64,000 bases of DNA. Origin: a virus. The stretch lies in IMG/VR virus record IMGVR_UViG_3300050821_014614. The stretch is one strand, 5' to 3'. Below are positions 1 to 9,748 of the stretch, piece by piece (positions within the stretch are counted from its first letter, which is position 1; each line of letters begins with the position of its first letter). The notes beneath the pieces are model-generated. The model was not told the DNA's origin. It searched no databases and saw only the letters and a program-made list of their open reading frames with translations. The translations under genes and the position numbers were made by a program.

Positions 1-143
1 TTGCAGAATGATAGCTGTGATTTACGTTTGCGAGTGGTGCGAAAACAGCGACATTCCCGCCAGCAACCCGGAATTGTGCCGCGTTAGGTACTGTCAGCGC
101 TGCAGATGCGAGACCTGGCACTGGCCGAAACCAATCGTCCCCG

Positions 144-734
144 TCAGTTCAGATGCGCTGAAAACGTCGTGAGGCAGTTCGCGCCATCGTATGTGAAGGA
201 AAGAAGATCGATTGCGCTCGCGGCATTGGTAAGGGTGACCGCGCCCGCACCTGCCGACGCCACTTTCCAGACGCAGCCGGTGCCGAGAATCAGGCCTTCA
301 CCTCCGGTCGCGTCTTGAGTGAGCTCCAGTTTGTAATCGCCGCCGGCGACGAGGCCTGTAAGGTTCAGCGTGCGGCTGCCGGAATGCGCGGTGAACGTCA
401 GCGAAGCCCTGGCATTCAAAACGCCTGCGATAGCCCATGTCACAGTTGCGGCATCGGTAAGAACCGCGAGCACGTTCGGCCCGAGCATGGCGGGAGTGAC
501 CGCGGCAACGCCCGGCGCGATCAGATTCCAGTCATGGGACAATCCGCACACATACACGTTGGCGCCGGGAACGCCGTCCGAGGCCGTCGCCATATGCCCG
601 TTGTGACAGCCGCCGGCGAAAGTGGAGAAGGGCCTGAGCGGCATCGGCGCCACCCACTCGGCTCCCGAGTTATCGACCTTTTGCTGCGCCAAACAGGAGA
701 CCGCGAGAGCGAGGATAAGCAATAGAATTTTCAT
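144..734 (-). CDS. exported protein of unknown function (Sec-type signal peptide)
   Basis: 196 aa; N-terminus MKILLLILALAVSCLAQQ; start overlaps stop of upstream ORF (ATGA). Confidence 0.6.
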   Translation of the reverse strand: MKILLLILALAVSCLAQQKVDNSGAEWVAPMPLRPFSTFAGGCHNGHMATASDGVPGANVYVCGLSHDWNLIAPGVAAVTPAMLGPNVLAVLTDAATVTWAIAGVLNARASLTFTAHSGSRTLNLTGLVAGGDYKLELTQDATGGEGLILGTGCVWKVASAGAGAVTLTNAASAIDLLSFTYDGANCLTTFSAHLN

Positions 735-1705
735 GCGCGATTGAGTGTCCTTTGGAAAAACAGATTGCGATCGGGAAATTGCCCGCTCTGGAGAACCGGC
801 CCGGTTGTCGTCGGCGCTGCGGCGAGCGTGTAGCTTAAGGTCGCTATCGGGATCGGCGAAACGTTCTGTAGCGTAAGCGCTCCGCCGGTCGCCGCGGCAT
901 AGACATTCCAGCCGGAAGCGTTCAGCGGAACGACCTGGCCGTCGGCAATGCCAACCTTATCGGGCGCGCCATTCGGCGGATTGAGCCCGGCGATCGAGGC
1001 GGAAAGATGCTGCGATGCCGCGAGCTGGAAGGCGACGACGAGAGCGCCGGGTCCGCTTTCTCCGTTCCCTTTGACCGCGGGCGAAATGTACTGGCTCTGA
1101 TCGACGTATGTAATCGCGATGTCATAGAGCGCTGCGGCGGCGGATCCGCCGGCAACGCCCGAGACGCTGGAGGGTCCCCACGCGCCCGCGTTGACTGCAT
1201 GAAGAGCGCCAGGACATTCGAGCGGCCGGAAGACGATCGGCAGCCCGTTGGCTCGCAACGTTCCCCAGGCGCTCGCGGCGGCAGCTGCGTAGCGAATGAA
1301 CTTCGCCTCATACCGGTCTTTGATCTTGCGATTGGCCGCAGCCCGGTAGAAGTTGCGGAGCGCCAGATAAGAGAGCCAGGTCTGCAGGGATGAAACATCG
1401 TCCGCATAAGCTGAGCTGACAACAATCTGCGCTGGTTTAACCCGGGGGATTGAAGCGGCCGTATAACTGGCGCTGAGGACGGCCCAGGAACCGCCCCCGG
1501 CGAGAGAGGACGCGCCATACCAGGTGTTGTAAAGCTGCTGGGCCCGCAGGATCTCGTTTTTCGCCTCCGCCCATGCCTGCCGGATGATGCCGCCGGCGCC
1601 GTCGACGGTAATCGATTCGGCGGTGGCTACATCGCTGATCTCGCCGTCGATCTGCGTGAGATCCACCGCGGAGGTGATGACGTCGGAATCGGAGAAGAGG
1701 GCCAT
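731..1705 (-). CDS. hypothetical head-module protein
   Basis: Track ORF 731-1837 trimmed to ATG 1705 because a GC hairpin (1805-1828) lies in the longer N-terminus; same strand, downstream of capsid genes. Confidence 0.55.
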   Translation of the reverse strand: MALFSDSDVITSAVDLTQIDGEISDVATAESITVDGAGGIIRQAWAEAKNEILRAQQLYNTWYGASSLAGGGSWAVLSASYTAASIPRVKPAQIVVSSAYADDVSSLQTWLSYLALRNFYRAAANRKIKDRYEAKFIRYAAAAASAWGTLRANGLPIVFRPLECPGALHAVNAGAWGPSSVSGVAGGSAAAALYDIAITYVDQSQYISPAVKGNGESGPGALVVAFQLAASQHLSASIAGLNPPNGAPDKVGIADGQVVPLNASGWNVYAAATGGALTLQNVSPIPIATLSYTLAAAPTTTGPVLQSGQFPDRNLFFQRTLNRA

Positions 1706-1804
1706 CAGCGTTAAACTCGTTTCTTTGTGCAGGACAACCCCACAATGAAGCGGAGAAGCCGCGAGGCGAAGAATCCGCCGCAGCCCGCTGGCGGACCAGG
1801 GGAA

Positions 1805-1828
1805 GGCGGGAGTCGAGAGACTCCCGCC
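1805..1828 (-). terminator. GC-rich hairpin, possible intra-operon attenuator
   Basis: GGCGGGAGT-6 nt-ACTCCCGCC, perfect 9-bp stem between ORFs 1956-2327 and 731-1705; only a weak U-tract on the minus strand. Confidence 0.3.
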
Positions 1829-1955
1829 TTTCGTCACTCAGTAGCGATACAGCGCCTCATCGATGAGGTGCGTCTGGAACGCGAATCGCCCGGCGCCGCC
1901 TCTTTCGACCGCGCGCACAATCGGCACAACCGGTCATAGGCTGGCGGGGCGCCGC

Positions 1956-2327
1956 TTACTGCTCGAGCCAGGCCTGAACAAGAGCCGTCGGAGACCCCGT
2001 GACGACCTGCGCATTTAAGCGCAGTGCGGTATTGGTCGCCCCGAAGCGGCAGGCCGGGATCTGATAGCTCCGGACGGACTGCGTCGCGCCCTCGGCTTCA
2101 GCTACGCCCGCGAAGGTTACGGACCAGGGCTGCAGCGCATCCGAAAACGGGGTTACGTTGGCGGTGTCTTCGAGCGCGATTTGAATATTCTGCGCTGAAG
2201 TCAGCCCGCGCACGCGGATTTTGACAGTGAAGCCGCCGGTCAGCGCGGCGGTGTTGAGCGAGCCGGTGATGGCGCCGGTCGAGGTGACCGACTGCTCGCC
2301 GGTGGTGATTGCGGAGATTGTTGACAT
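1956..2327 (-). CDS. hypothetical head-module protein
   Basis: 123 aa ORF, Thr/Ala/Gly-rich, two genes downstream of the capsid gene. Confidence 0.6.
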   Translation of the reverse strand: MSTISAITTGEQSVTSTGAITGSLNTAALTGGFTVKIRVRGLTSAQNIQIALEDTANVTPFSDALQPWSVTFAGVAEAEGATQSVRSYQIPACRFGATNTALRLNAQVVTGSPTALVQAWLEQ

Positions 2328-2361
2328 GCGTTTTTAATTTCCTTTTGATTTGAATTTTGAT

Positions 2362-2748
2362 CTAGCTTCGCGCGGGCTTTTGGTCTGGCTTCGCGGGCTT
2401 CACGTCCCGATCCGCCAGCGCCACGGCAAGGGCGCGCTGCAGCTGATCGTCGGAGACCGCGGTTTCGAGGCGCACGGTCTGTTTCTTTTCGAGCTCTGTT
2501 CTGTTGATGGCGTCGGTGCGTGCTCTCAGCTCGGAGTGATAGCGGTCGATTTCGTCGACGGAAGCCAGCTTATGGGTGGCCCCGGCGATCCAGCGCGCGG
2601 CGTACTCCCGCGATGCGGCGCTCACTTTACCAGCAGCCGTACCCGCCAGTTCGTTGTCGATCGAGACGATATAAACCGGATCGTCGGGACCGCCCGGCAA
2701 CCCTTTTTCCGCCTCGCGAACCGCTCTCCAGTATTTATTGACATCCAT
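2362..2748 (-). CDS. hypothetical head-module protein
   Basis: Track ORF 2362-2814 trimmed to ATG 2748 (MDVNKYW...); immediately downstream of the capsid gene. Confidence 0.6.
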   Translation of the reverse strand: MDVNKYWRAVREAEKGLPGGPDDPVYIVSIDNELAGTAAGKVSAASREYAARWIAGATHKLASVDEIDRYHSELRARTDAINRTELEKKQTVRLETAVSDDQLQRALAVALADRDVKPAKPDQKPARS

Positions 2749-2821
2749 GGTGTGTCGTTTGATCCTTTGGCTTTCAGCGGACCGGAGCATTCCAGCCCGC
2801 TGAAAACGAAGCAAAAGCGAA

Positions 2822-3733
2822 CTAGGTGCTCTGGACGTCGACGGCGAAGTTCTGCCGCAACGGCGCGCAGCCGTAGAGAACGTCGACCGTGAACTGCTGA
2901 GCGAGCGTGTTCGGCTGATAGCTCATCGTGACGCGCATGCCGAAATTGCCCATCTCGGCATACTCGGCGATCGCGCCGGTGCCGGGAAGCGGCATCGGGA
3001 GACGGCGAACCACCAGGCCGATGGCATCACGGACGAAGGCCAGATTGTGATAGAGCGTCGAGACTTTCGTGATGTACTGCGAACGGAAGATGTCGAAGCT
3101 CGTTCCGCGTAGCACCATACCCTCAGCGATCGGGCTGGGCTGGCCATTGATGACATAGCCGGCCGTCTGCAGCTCGGTGTACCGCGGGATCTGGCGCAAC
3201 GCCGTATAGGGGTTGTCGCCCACGATCAGGATTTTGCGCTGGCCGCCGGGAATCTTGGCGTTGAAGAGCGCCTGCTCCGCGGCGTTCAGCACGGCTTCCG
3301 TGATGGCCGCTGAGCCGCCCACTGCTGCGTTGGCGGTGTAGAGCGAATACATTGCGAGCAGATCCGTTTCGATCTTCTCGGCAATCGCGATCACGGCCGG
3401 CTGCATATAGACTTTGAGCAGATCGGGCGTCGCCAGAATGCGCGTTACGTCCGGAATCTGGAACGTTGCTTCCATGTGCGTGTTCAGCACGATTTGCGCG
3501 TTGCCGAGTGCCGGGTTCTGTGTGGTGACGGTGCCGGCTTCAGCGATGTTGTTCGCTGTGAGCTTGGGCGAGATCGGCACATTGACCGTGTCGCCTGCGC
3601 TGGCGAGCGTGGGCTCGAAATCGCGGTTCACCAGGTTGCCCATGAGGAGATTACCGACGAGCGCCGGGAGGGCGTCGGCGGCGACGAGTTTGACGATGGC
3701 TTGCGCCACATTTGCTGACGTAATTGCTGGCAT
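2822..3733 (-). CDS. major capsid protein, P22-coat-like family
   Basis: 303 aa after the scaffold-like ORF; N-terminal pattern LVGNLLMGNLVNRDFEP..AGDTVNVPISP recalls P22-coat-type capsid proteins (from memory, not searched). Confidence 0.75.
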   Translation of the reverse strand: MPAITSANVAQAIVKLVAADALPALVGNLLMGNLVNRDFEPTLASAGDTVNVPISPKLTANNIAEAGTVTTQNPALGNAQIVLNTHMEATFQIPDVTRILATPDLLKVYMQPAVIAIAEKIETDLLAMYSLYTANAAVGGSAAITEAVLNAAEQALFNAKIPGGQRKILIVGDNPYTALRQIPRYTELQTAGYVINGQPSPIAEGMVLRGTSFDIFRSQYITKVSTLYHNLAFVRDAIGLVVRRLPMPLPGTGAIAEYAEMGNFGMRVTMSYQPNTLAQQFTVDVLYGCAPLRQNFAVDVQST

Positions 3734-3825
3734 GCTGATTCAGGCTCCTTTTGCCTTGTTGTGCTGCTGTGACACGCCTGGCTTAGGAGCCGTTGGCTGT
3801 GTTTTTGTTGACTGGAAAGGTGGGG

Positions 3826-4566
3826 CTACTTAATACCGGCGGCGGATCGCACGGCTTCCCAAGCGGCGTCGCGGGCCTTCGGATCCATGCCCGGCTTGAT
3901 GTCTTCGAACTGGACCTGGCGGCCGGCGATCATACCGACACCCTGGCGAGCGCCAGAGGAATCGACCTGTTTCGGCGCGAGAAGATGAGTTTTCAAGGCC
4001 ATGCGGGTTTTAATGAAATCGCCGACGGGAACGAAATCGCCGCCATAGAGCACGCCGTCGTCTCCTCGCTTCACTTCATCGCGGAGCGCGCGGAAAGCGT
4101 CTTCGCGGGCATCGTCGGACGCGAACTGGAAGTCGCCAAGCGAACTGCGAATAGCTGCATGGCGTTCCTTTTCCTCCGCCTGCGCGTTGGTCTTTTTGTT
4201 GAGCTCTTCCGTGGCCGCGTTCTTTTCCTCGAGCGCCTTGAAGCGGGCCGCGAAATCCTTGTTGGCGCGCTCGAGGGCTGCGTATGCGGGGTCGCGCTTT
4301 GCGGCAGCTGCGGCATCGGCGGCTGCAGTCGCAGCAGCGGCATCTGCCGCGGCCTGCGCGGCTGCATCGTCGGTTGACGCCTTTGGTGCGTATTTTGCCA
4401 ATTCGGCCGTGAACTTCCTATCGGAGGCCGTTTGCGATGCCGTGATGGCTTTCGTTACCTCGGCCATCAGCGAAGTCTGAAACGCGGCTGCATCGAACGC
4501 TCCGGTTCCTCCGCCGGTGCCGCCGGTTTCTTCGAAGAGTCGGGACATCAATCCAAAATGTTTCAT
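3826..4566 (-). CDS. scaffolding protein
   Basis: 246 aa, Ala/Lys/Glu-rich with coiled-coil character, between portal and capsid genes. Confidence 0.6.
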   Translation of the reverse strand: MKHFGLMSRLFEETGGTGGGTGAFDAAAFQTSLMAEVTKAITASQTASDRKFTAELAKYAPKASTDDAAAQAAADAAAATAAADAAAAAKRDPAYAALERANKDFAARFKALEEKNAATEELNKKTNAQAEEKERHAAIRSSLGDFQFASDDAREDAFRALRDEVKRGDDGVLYGGDFVPVGDFIKTRMALKTHLLAPKQVDSSGARQGVGMIAGRQVQFEDIKPGMDPKARDAAWEAVRSAAGIK

Positions 4567-4581
4567 TTTTCCTTTATGTGG

Positions 4582-6123
4582 TTAGCTCGAGTAGCCCGCG
4601 AGCGATTGCGAGAACAGCGCCTGCTGCGTTACCGCCGCGGCGGCCGCCAGATCGGAAATCGTCGGCGCGGCATCGATCTCGGCATCGATGGCGGCGTAAA
4701 CTGCCGGGTTCGCGTCCTGCAGCCCGATGCGCACGAGCTTTTTCTGTATTTCCTTTGCGAAGGTGTCGGACTGAACGTTCTCGGCCTGAATAGCGCTGAG
4801 GAATTCCACGTCCTCGGCTCCGCCCTTGTCGGCGAAATCGAACCCGCGAATGTCAGCCGCTATCTCTGCATAGCCGCGGATCGTCAGCACGTCATCGAGC
4901 ACGCCCTGCATATCGGTGCGGAGGTTGTCTCCAAAGCCTTCCTGCGCGTCCTTCGAAGGCGATTTATCCTGTTCCTTCGAAATGCCGGATTGCGCCGCGG
5001 GCGTTGCCCGCCCGCTTCGCGCCTGATCGATCAGATAGCAGGATCGATAGACGTCCTCGCGCAGTTCGTGTAAACGCTCACGATGCGTCTGCATGGCCTT
5101 GCCTTCCGGCTCAAGCCATTCGGCGCGCGTTTCCTTATCGGGAAAGTGCAGCCACGAGACCTCGCTCATCGTCGGCGTGTCGTCGTAGGGTCCGAAAATC
5201 GCCAGCATGGCGAGGGCGGACTGGAAGATCTGCCAGTCGAGCGCGTTCTCCATATTCAGGTGCTTCAGCAGCGGCAGCATGACGCGATCGCCGAACCACA
5301 TGCCCTCCGGCGCATCGCAGCGCCGCAATGGCACGCGCTGGTGATCGCTCAGCGCGTGGCGCCGCGGATAGCCCGCGACGAGGGCCGCGTTCTCTTCTTT
5401 TGCTGCCGCGCCCGGGCCAGCCTCAAATAAAACTTCGTATGCTGCTACCTGATCGGGCGTGTAGATATACCAGCAAACACGCACCTGGGTTTCGCCCAGA
5501 AGGGCAGCCTCGAACGTTTGCACCTTCAATACCACCCAGATCACATTGCCGTAATCATCCGTTTTCCAGTTGAGAACGCAGGTCGGGTCATAAGTCAGAA
5601 TGACCGGATCGAGAGCGCCCGCAGCTTCCTGTTGTGCCAGCGATCCATACTGCGCGCCGGCGGAATCGGGAAGATCGATCAGCAGCCACGACCTGCCGAA
5701 AACGATCTGGTGCGCCAATACCTGCCGCCACTTATCGGCATAGGCGCCACCGTGGTGATCGCAGTCGAGCTCCCACTGGGCGATCCACGCAGCCGTGTCG
5801 GCGGGCACGGCATCCTGCGCCGCTTTGATGTCCGCGATTGCGCTGACCCGGGTCAGGATATCCGGCTCACGCGCGAACATCGACGAAACGTACCAGCCGG
5901 CGATATTGCCAAGCAGGTTCGAATAGTTGAAGTTCTCCTGGCGCGACGCGAAGACGTCGGCATGCTCTTTTACCCGACGCATGAGAACCTCGCCACAGTT
6001 CTCCTTCAAGACCGAACCGCCACCATAGAGCAGGCCCAGCTTTCGCCAGGCACCCTTGTAGAGGCTATATTCGGGGTGCTCGGCATCGAGCGCCTTAATC
6101 GGAACTGCAGCTGGAAAGTCCAT
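4582..6123 (-). CDS. portal protein
   Basis: 513 aa ORF between large terminase and scaffold genes; call based on position and size. Confidence 0.7.
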   Translation of the reverse strand: MDFPAAVPIKALDAEHPEYSLYKGAWRKLGLLYGGGSVLKENCGEVLMRRVKEHADVFASRQENFNYSNLLGNIAGWYVSSMFAREPDILTRVSAIADIKAAQDAVPADTAAWIAQWELDCDHHGGAYADKWRQVLAHQIVFGRSWLLIDLPDSAGAQYGSLAQQEAAGALDPVILTYDPTCVLNWKTDDYGNVIWVVLKVQTFEAALLGETQVRVCWYIYTPDQVAAYEVLFEAGPGAAAKEENAALVAGYPRRHALSDHQRVPLRRCDAPEGMWFGDRVMLPLLKHLNMENALDWQIFQSALAMLAIFGPYDDTPTMSEVSWLHFPDKETRAEWLEPEGKAMQTHRERLHELREDVYRSCYLIDQARSGRATPAAQSGISKEQDKSPSKDAQEGFGDNLRTDMQGVLDDVLTIRGYAEIAADIRGFDFADKGGAEDVEFLSAIQAENVQSDTFAKEIQKKLVRIGLQDANPAVYAAIDAEIDAAPTISDLAAAAAVTQQALFSQSLAGYSS

Positions 6124-6443
6124 CAGGCCTGGATGTAAGAAACGAGCAGCCCGTCCGCCGCGGTGTCGGCGTCGATGTAATAGTCGGCGGCATTCATCTG
6201 ATTGCCGTCCGGACCGTTAACTTTCAGCGGGTCGACGATGCCCGTCGCTGTGGGCTTAAGGAACGCCTTGATGACGCCGACACCGGTCGATTTCACGAGC
6301 GTCGACACGCCGAAGTACGTATTGCCGGCATTTCCGGGCACCGGCGAGATGATGAGGCCGTAACATGGCGTCGGCGTCGCTGTGACGCGCACCGGCGTGC
6401 CGGGAGTGACGCAGGCGATCTTGCCGAGAGGGACGATAATCAT
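6123..6443 (-). CDS. hypothetical protein
   Basis: 106 aa ORF between terminase and portal; 1-nt overlap with the portal start. Confidence 0.55.
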   Translation of the reverse strand: MIIVPLGKIACVTPGTPVRVTATPTPCYGLIISPVPGNAGNTYFGVSTLVKSTGVGVIKAFLKPTATGIVDPLKVNGPDGNQMNAADYYIDADTAADGLLVSYIQA

Positions 6444-6598
6444 TAGGCGTCGGCCTTCTTTTGCTCCGCCTCGTCTTCGGGCAGGACCGGCGCGATGCCG
6501 GCTATCAAACGTTTTGCAGTGGCGTGCGTGTGCGGGTCGACCGCGTGCTTCGCGGCCTCGTTCAGCAGAAACAGAATTGCCTCTTCGATTGGGTGCAT
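6443..6598 (-). CDS. small hypothetical protein (51 aa, below track threshold)
   Basis: ATG 6598 preceded by GAGGA; MHPIEEAILFLLNEAAKH...; TAATG overlap with the next ORF. Confidence 0.4.
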   Translation of the reverse strand: MHPIEEAILFLLNEAAKHAVDPHTHATAKRLIAGIAPVLPEDEAEQKKADA

Positions 6599-6621
6599 TT
6601 TGTTGTATCCTCTATAACCGG

Positions 6622-7971
6622 TTAAAGAAGTACTTCCGATTGCGGGCCGCCGCGCTGCCGGACCGGAAACTCGCGATGAATCAAATAGCCCAGCGCGTCA
6701 GAAACATGGGTACGGCGCGGATCGCGCTTGTCCATTGAGGCCGTCAGGTTGCCCGAAGCATCCGGCTTCCACGACACCTGTTCAAAATCGCGGACCAATT
6801 CCCTGCACTTCGGATCCACAAAAAGCCGTGCCTCGCCGAGCGAGTTGCACAGCATCGAATTGACGGCCGTAACGCGGTCTTTAACCGGCGGATCCGCCGA
6901 TGGGACCTTGAAATTAAAAACGAACCGACGGTCGTTGCGGAAGTACTCGCGAACTAATTCCCAGTCCGATGCGCCCGCGTGCGTGCGGGCATTGCCGGCG
7001 GCGTCGCCGTACACGTTCACGCGGATCTGGCCGCGTTGTTCCGCCCAGGGACCGGCCCGTCTCGCAAATTCCGCGCAGACCTCGCGAATGTTCGAATCCG
7101 GAAGGCAGATTTCGCCCAGCACCCGAACCGTGGCGCCGCGCCTGCCCATCAGCGCTTCCGCTCGTGTTCCCGATTCCTCGATCTGCACGATCAGGCTGCA
7201 CATCGGGTCGACGTTGAAATCGAGTGTCCAGCAAAGCTGGTTCGAATACAGGAAGCCCTGCGGCGCGATATTCAGCGCGCGATTGAACGCATAGTAGATG
7301 GCGCCCGTCGCCATGTTCTCGAAGCTGCCCTGATATTCCTGGCGGAAAGTCTTCTCGTCCAGATCCGCCGCGGAGGACTGGATTTCCTCGCGCGAGACAT
7401 TTCCACCGTCTTCCGTTGTGAACTGAAACGCCGCCCAATCGAGCTTCAGCCGGGCTTCCTGCCAGAGGTCGTAAAAGAACCCCATGCCCTTCGGCGTGCC
7501 GATAAACAGGGCCTTCCCCATCCGGTCCGAAAGCATTGGCCGGATAACCTCGGTCCACGCCTGGGGATGCATGTCCGCTACTTCGTCCATCACGACGAAA
7601 TCGAGGCCTTCGCCGCGGAGGTTGTCGTAGTTGTCCGCGCCGCGCAGTGCGATGACCGCGCCGCATTTCAGCTCGATCGATAAATCGGTTTCATTCGGAC
7701 GCCTGCGCCAATACGGCCGGGTGAGAGCCTTGAGCTGCTTCCACGCCACCCGTTTCGCCTGCTTATAGGTAGGCGCTACATACCAACAAACGCGTTCGGA
7801 AATCGGTGTCTGGCTGAAATCCGGATCTATGGCGGCCCGCAGAAGTGCCACGCACGCCAGAAACGTCTTGCCGAATCGCCTGCCTGCGACCAACACGATG
7901 AAACGCTTCAGGCAGCTGAAAACATCGCCTTGCGGCGGCCGGAGTCTGACTTCGACAGGGCCGCGTCTCAC
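6622..7971 (-). CDS. terL: terminase large subunit
   Basis: 449 aa; Walker A-like VAGRRFGKT and Walker B-like LDFVVMDEV; upstream of portal. Confidence 0.85.
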   Translation of the reverse strand: MRRGPVEVRLRPPQGDVFSCLKRFIVLVAGRRFGKTFLACVALLRAAIDPDFSQTPISERVCWYVAPTYKQAKRVAWKQLKALTRPYWRRRPNETDLSIELKCGAVIALRGADNYDNLRGEGLDFVVMDEVADMHPQAWTEVIRPMLSDRMGKALFIGTPKGMGFFYDLWQEARLKLDWAAFQFTTEDGGNVSREEIQSSAADLDEKTFRQEYQGSFENMATGAIYYAFNRALNIAPQGFLYSNQLCWTLDFNVDPMCSLIVQIEESGTRAEALMGRRGATVRVLGEICLPDSNIREVCAEFARRAGPWAEQRGQIRVNVYGDAAGNARTHAGASDWELVREYFRNDRRFVFNFKVPSADPPVKDRVTAVNSMLCNSLGEARLFVDPKCRELVRDFEQVSWKPDASGNLTASMDKRDPRRTHVSDALGYLIHREFPVRQRGGPQSEVLL

Positions 7972-7992
7972 TCATTGCAGCGGGCACGGACA

Positions 7993-8562
7993 TCAACGCT
8001 GCTGGATGGTGACGATGAATGGAGGCGGGTCTGCATTGTCGTCAGATTTATTGAGATCGCGCGTGCCGTAACGGTCAGGGAAGCGGCCCCGCTGGCGGAA
8101 CATCAGCAGAGCGTCCGATTTCTTCCAGACGCCGAGGATCTCGCCTCGCGCAAACTTGAGAATCGTCCTCCCCGTGATCGGATCAGTGGTGGTGAGCTGC
8201 AAGCCAGTCTCGGGATCCAGACACGGAATCTGTTCATACGAAAACTGACCCTGAAACACGAGTGGCTCGAAGACACCTTTGTATGCGCGGACCGAAACCT
8301 CGTCTTCGTAAGCGTCATCGCCTTCCGCCATCGCTTTGGCGAACCGGTCCGGATAACGGGGATCGGCGTCCATCCACTTGTAGTGCGACGTCCTGCCGAC
8401 TTTAGCCTCTTCGGCCGCCTGCTTGATACTGCCGGTGATGGCGATCGCGGCGAGAAAAGCGCGCTGCTTATTGCGCAGCGGGGATTTGAGCTTTCGTTTG
8501 CGCTTCGGCGCGGCCGCTGCGGGCGGCGTTTTCGCAGCTCGCTTTGTCGTTTTCGGTTTCAC
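7993..8562 (-). CDS. terS: terminase small subunit (HTH)
   Basis: HTH-like GSIKQAAEEAKVGRTSHYKWM directly upstream of TerL; start set to GTG 8562 (GTGA overlap with upstream stop); track ORF runs to 8664. Confidence 0.6.
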   Translation of the reverse strand: MKPKTTKRAAKTPPAAAAPKRKRKLKSPLRNKQRAFLAAIAITGSIKQAAEEAKVGRTSHYKWMDADPRYPDRFAKAMAEGDDAYEDEVSVRAYKGVFEPLVFQGQFSYEQIPCLDPETGLQLTTTDPITGRTILKFARGEILGVWKKSDALLMFRQRGRFPDRYGTRDLNKSDDNADPPPFIVTIQQR

Positions 8563-8825
8563 TGTGAAACAACTGACTTTTCGCGCAGATCGAACAGCGC
8601 CTTCGCTGCTTCGCGCGATGCCTTCCACTCCCGGTAATCGATTGAGCCCAGCGCCGGCCGGCATTCAGCCACGTCCCGCGCGGCTGCCGGGCAACCCGTA
8701 TACGCCAAAAGAAACGCCTGCCAGTGCCGGGTGAACGTTAGAGCGTGTTCCATTAGCGCCGCATCTGGCTCGGCTGCTATCGATACCGCGAACAGCAGCA
8801 CGCCGAGGAGCGCATATCGCTTCAC
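8559..8825 (-). CDS. exported small protein
   Basis: 88 aa; MKRYALLGVLLFAVSIAAE signal-like N-terminus; no lipobox Cys; next to lysis genes. Confidence 0.55.
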   Translation of the reverse strand: MKRYALLGVLLFAVSIAAEPDAALMEHALTFTRHWQAFLLAYTGCPAAARDVAECRPALGSIDYREWKASREAAKALFDLREKSVVSQ

Positions 8826-9010
8826 CCGATCTCCGGCATAGCTTGCACAATCAACTGCAGCCGCTGCTTCAGGAGCGCTTTAAGCGCCGCATTTTCGCGC
8901 GCCTGCTTCATCGCCTCGGCGTGCCACGCTTCCGCGGTGGCCTTCCAGGCCGCGGCGTCTTCGAGAAGTGCGGCCTTCTCTTCGAGGGATAGCTTCCACA
9001 TTTCAGCCAT
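8822..9010 (-). CDS. small coiled-coil protein
   Basis: Track ORF 8822-9112 trimmed to ATG 9010 (MAEMWKLSLEEKAALLED...); 8-nt overlap with the endolysin end. Confidence 0.45.
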   Translation of the reverse strand: MAEMWKLSLEEKAALLEDAAAWKATAEAWHAEAMKQARENAALKALLKQRLQLIVQAMPEIG

Positions 9011-9443
9011 CAAGACTCGGATCCCACGCGCACTGCTGGCCGTTCGGTCCGTAACACCAGCGCGCCTTCGCGGCTCTCGTGTCGACGTGGATATACCCGC
9101 CGTGCACAGCAACGCCGATCCCGCCCGCGGCGAACGCCGGTACCTGCAGCGCCTCCCTGTACATCCCGGCCGGCGTCATGCCCTGAATTTTGATATCGGC
9201 GGCCATCCCGAGCTCGTGCTCGGAGTCCGGAACACCGCCAACCTTTGCGTTATGCCCGCAGTGCCCTGGGGTCGGGGGTTGCCCAGGAAGCGGCAGCGGA
9301 CACCGGCACGCGCAGTCGACGGCGATCGAGACGCCAACAATTACACGCAGCGCCTCCAGCGAGTCCACAAGAACCTGATGGCAGCGGCAAAAGCCGCATC
9401 CGCGACAAGCCAGTTCGGCCTCGCTGAAGTGGGCAGAGTGCAT
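9003..9443 (-). CDS. endolysin, peptidase M15 (zinc D-Ala-D-Ala carboxypeptidase-like) family
   Basis: 146 aa; motifs HN..VGG...SEHELGMAADI and GGIGVAVHGGYIHVDTR typical of M15-type phage lysins. Confidence 0.8.
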   Translation of the reverse strand: MHSAHFSEAELACRGCGFCRCHQVLVDSLEALRVIVGVSIAVDCACRCPLPLPGQPPTPGHCGHNAKVGGVPDSEHELGMAADIKIQGMTPAGMYREALQVPAFAAGGIGVAVHGGYIHVDTRAAKARWCYGPNGQQCAWDPSLDG

Positions 9444-9445
9444 TT

Positions 9446-9745
9446 TTAGGGGACCAGCGGCGCAACGGGAGCGGCAGCGGCGGGCGCTGGCTTGAATGCC
9501 TTGATGAGCGCGGCGAACAGATTCACGAGAAGCGCGCAGCTGGCCACCGTGGGATTCGGGGAGTTTTCGAGTGCGCCGCTTCCTACCTCGATGCCGACGA
9601 GGACCTTATTCAGAAGAACGGACTGCTTGGTTGCACCCGACACGGGCGGCGCGATGGTTTCGATTGCCTGCACTCCCGCCAGAAGAGCGGGCGCGTAGGC
9701 AAGCGCCTCGGATGTGATTTGATTTGTAACTGCAAGTGTGGACAT
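9446..9745 (-). CDS. small hydrophobic protein, holin candidate
   Basis: 99 aa with 2-3 hydrophobic stretches, immediately upstream of the endolysin. Confidence 0.4.
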   Translation of the reverse strand: MSTLAVTNQITSEALAYAPALLAGVQAIETIAPPVSGATKQSVLLNKVLVGIEVGSGALENSPNPTVASCALLVNLFAALIKAFKPAPAAAAPVAPLVP

Positions 9746-9748
9746 AAG

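Noticed and set aside
8559-9010. The two small ORFs after the endolysin as an i-spanin/o-spanin pair.
   Set aside because: The exported 88-aa ORF has no lipobox cysteine. The 62-aa coiled-coil ORF has no N-terminal TM helix. They are kept as hypothetical.
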